A model generated the notes under the pieces. That model ran no database searches and was not told where the DNA came from. It saw only the letters and a program-made list of their open reading frames with translations. From contig NC_134030.1 of NCBI RefSeq assembly GCF_964204645.1, positions 1,347,355-1,411,354 on the forward strand: a stretch of DNA of 64,000 nucleotides. The letters are read 5' to 3'. Positions 60,561 through 64,000 of the stretch are shown in pieces. The position numbers were made by a program, and so were the translations under genes. Within the stretch, counting starts at the first letter, position 1, and the number at the start of each line of letters is the position of its first letter. The DNA is from Tubulanus polymorphus (Eukaryota > Animalia > Nemertea).

Positions 60561-63214
60561 ACATGTAGCAGATATAATGGAATTTAGTATTGAGAACCGC
60601 AACTTAACAATAAACCGGATCAACTTAATATAGTGCTGAGGACCAAAAATAAAGGATAAACCCGACCAGTGTAATTCAGTGTCGAGAACCGCAGTTAAAC
60701 GATGAACCCGACCAGTGTAATTCAGTGTCGAGAACCGCAGTTAAACGATGAACCCGACCAGTGTAATTCAGTGTCGAGAACCGCAGTTAAACGATGAACC
60801 CGACCAGTGTAATTCAGTGTCGAGAACCGCAGTTAAACGATGAACCCGACCAGTGTAATTCAGTGTCGAGAACCGCAGTTAAACGATGAACCCGACCAGT
60901 GTAATTCAGTATTGAGAACCACAATTAAACGATGAACCGGACCAGTGTAATTCAGTGTCGAGAACCACAATTAAACGATGAACCGGACCAGTGTAATTCA
61001 GTGTCCAGAGCTGCAGTTAAACAATGAACCGGACCAGTGTAATTCAGTGTCGAGAACTGCAGTTAAACGATGAACCCGACCAGTGTAATTCAGTATTGAG
61101 AACCACAATTAAACGATGAACCGGACCAGTGTAATTCAGTGTCCAGAGCCGCAGTTAAACAATGAACCGGACCAGTGTAATTCAGTGTCGAGAACCGCAA
61201 TTAAACGATGAACCGGACCAGTGTAATTCAGTGTCGAGAACCACAATTAAACGATGAACCGGACCAGTGTAATTCAGTGTCGAGAACCGCAATTAAACGA
61301 TGAATCGGACCAGTGTAATTAAGTGTCGAGAACCACAATTAAACGATAAACCGGACCAGTGTAATTCAGTGTCGAGAACTGTAATTAAACGATGAACCGG
61401 ATCAGTGTAATTCAGTTTCGCAATAACCGCAATAAAACGATAATCTGGAGTTGTAATAGTGTTGTGTATTTGCGTAGTGGATCAAGTGGAAGGATTTTAA
61501 GTGTATTTGGTGACTTTAATTCGTTCGCATCCAACAGAATCAACAAAGACATTACAAAAAACGACAAAAAATGATTGAATGTAAATGCATTGAATTTAGG
61601 TTTGATGATCAAGATAATCACTGATCAAGATTGACAGTTATAATCCATAATTGTTGAACTTGATCAGAGATTTTCAAGATCGATTTTAAGGTGATTCAGA
61701 AGTTTAAATCTGATGTTTTAATCTCTGGGACTCAGATATTAAATCAATAGATTTTTACTGCTGAATGATCTTCATGTACAGATGAGCTACAATTGTTCCT
61801 AGTGTGTTCTGTTAAGACTGATTAAAGGGTGGAAAAACTTGACTCAAATTCAAATTGAGTCGAGTTTTTCCAAGATAATCTCTGATCAAGATCAGCAGTT
61901 ACCGGTATAATCCATAATTGTTGAACTTGATTGGTGATTTTCAAGATCTGTTTTAAGGTGATTCACAAGTTTAAATCTAATGTTTTAATCTCTGGGTTCC
62001 AGATATTAAATCAATAGATTTTTACAGCTGAATGACCTTCGTGTTCAGATAAGCTACAATTGTTCCTAGTGTGTTCTGTTAAGAAAGGGTGGAAAAACTT
62101 GACCCAAATTCAAATTGAGTCGAGTTTTTCAAAGATAATCTCTGATCAAGATCGGCAGTTATAATCCATAATTGTTGAACTTGATTGGAGATTTTCGAGA
62201 ACTGTTTTTAAGGTGATTCAGAAGTGTGAATCTGATGTTTTAATCTCTGGGTTTCAGAGATTAAATCAATAGGTTTTAACTTCTGAATCACTTCGGGTTT
62301 TGGTAAGTTAAAGTGTTTCCTATTGTAATCTGTTAAACTGATTAAAGGGTGGAAAAAATTGATTCAAATTAATAATCTGAATCACAATTCACAATTAAAT
62401 GAACTTTTTTAAGGTGATTCAGAAGTATAAATCTGATGTTTTAATCTCTGGGTTTCAGAGATTAAATCAATAGGCTTTACTTCTGAATCACTGTTAGGTT
62501 TTGATAAGTTGTAAGTTGTTCCTATTGTTTAATGAATTGGTAGAAATTCTATTTTTAGGTGACAGGTCAAATAGATTAGAACAGTAATTTATGCAGAGGT
62601 TGAATTAATTTAATGTTTGATATACCAAAGAATGGTTTATTGTGAAGATTTAATTAAAATCTTAAATAAAGAGTTGTTCAATTTCATAAATGTTTTGTTT
62701 TCGATGAAGTTTTTTCATTTTCTGGATTTGAGGAATTTGACTTTAAACACATCGGTGGATTCAGCACAGTTCTGTGGACACAGTTTTGGGACCGAGACAC
62801 AGCTCAAGACCCAGTTACAAGTTCAACTGGACTCCATCCCAAAAAACCCTGGGCCCTTCAAACCTTTAAGTAAGATGCTCACTTACAGATTCATAAAATT
62901 GACCCTTATTATCTTGTCATCTGCAGAACCATCTCAAGAGGCTTAAACCAAGAATTTCTTGTAATGTTCAACAAATGTGAATTACATTAAGTAATTTTTG
63001 AGATCGACTAACACCAGTATTGAGTTTTTTCTAAATCACAGTCTACTTATTTTATATTCATCCACGATTTCATAGCTCTTTAACTATTCAACCCTTTCCC
63101 TGATGGGCCCTGGCCCCAATTGCTGAACCCAGTTCTCCAAGTCTAACTTCTGGGTTTAATGGTTTATCAGAGAATTAATGGATTAATTGGAAATAATCTA
63201 ACAATCAATAAAGT

Positions 63215-63840
63215 TGTTCTTTTTTGATACGGGCTAGAAGTTGAGGGGCCCGCGCCCCGGGTTTTCTTTAAAGCTTTTGGCATTATCTAGAAAAACAAGT
63301 AAAAATATTAAATCATTTGAAAATATATCAGTCAGTCTTATTCTGGTTCAGTGAACTAATTCTCTATATGGTGCATGTAGGGGTCCGGGGACACGACATC
63401 CACTAATTCTCTATATGGTGCATGTAGGGGTCCGGGGACACGACATCCACTAATTCTCTATATGGTGCATGTAGGGGTCCAGGGACACGACATCCACTAA
63501 TTCTCTATATGGTGCATGTAGGGGTCCAGGGACACCACATCCACTAATTCTCTATATGGTGCATGTAGGGGTCCAGGGACACCACATCCACTAATTCTCT
63601 ATACGATGCATGTAGGGGTCCAGGGACACCACATCCACTAATTCTCTATATGGTACGTGTAGGGGTCCAGGAACACCACATCCACTAATTCTCTATACGA
63701 TGCATGTAGGGGTCCAGGGACACCACATCCACTAATTCTCTATATGGTGCGTGTAGGGGTCCAGGAACACCACATCCACTAATTCTCTATACGATGCGTG
63801 TAGGGGTCCAGGGACACCACATCCACTAATTCTCTATATG
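63215..63840 (-). pseudogene. Inverted exon 1 fragment plus inverted 47-bp array (~10 units), copy 2
   Basis: ATG at 63283 on the minus strand; array at 63355-63840. Confidence 0.85.
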
Positions 63841-64000
63841 TCGAGGGAGCTCTATCAATCAAGGAACAGTCGGCTCACAAGCAGCCCCTGCCCAAAAGGT
63901 TTTGACATTATATTTTCAAAAGCTCTAGTTGTTCTGTAGAACCGAGAGCGGAGCTCTGACTTGTTCCCCTCACTGCTGAGGTCTACTTTCTCTGATTCGC

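Larger units (their letters stand above)
35390..64000 (+). repeat. Second copy of the ~35-kb tandem duplication (matches ~1-29030)
   Basis: Collinear near-identical unique sequence and the same order of arrays. Confidence 0.97.

Overview
AT-rich eukaryotic DNA, probably animal (inferred from GT-AG introns and transposon types). The window is a head-to-tail tandem duplication with a period of about 35 kb (exon 1 at 2212 vs 37061). Almost every entry in the ORF track is a repeat artefact. Each unit holds one real spliced gene that the ORF track mostly misses: 9 coding exons, several of them 27-66 nt microexons, all GT-AG and phase-consistent, giving a 344-aa Pro/Ser/Gln-rich, largely disordered, basic protein with no family I recognise. 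A candidate promoter and non-coding first exon lie at ~33000-33078. Each unit also contains about 10 unrelated tandem-repeat arrays, a decayed DIRS-type retrotransposon, several non-autonomous DNA transposons (some in one copy only), an array of repeated non-coding exons, and inverted fragments of the gene's first and last exons. The main signal: the two copies are nearly identical in introns but carry dense, short, synonymous-rich substitution clusters in exons 1, 3, 5, 7 and 8. This suggests exon-targeted, templated diversification of an ampliconic gene. The two copies could also be uncollapsed haplotypes.
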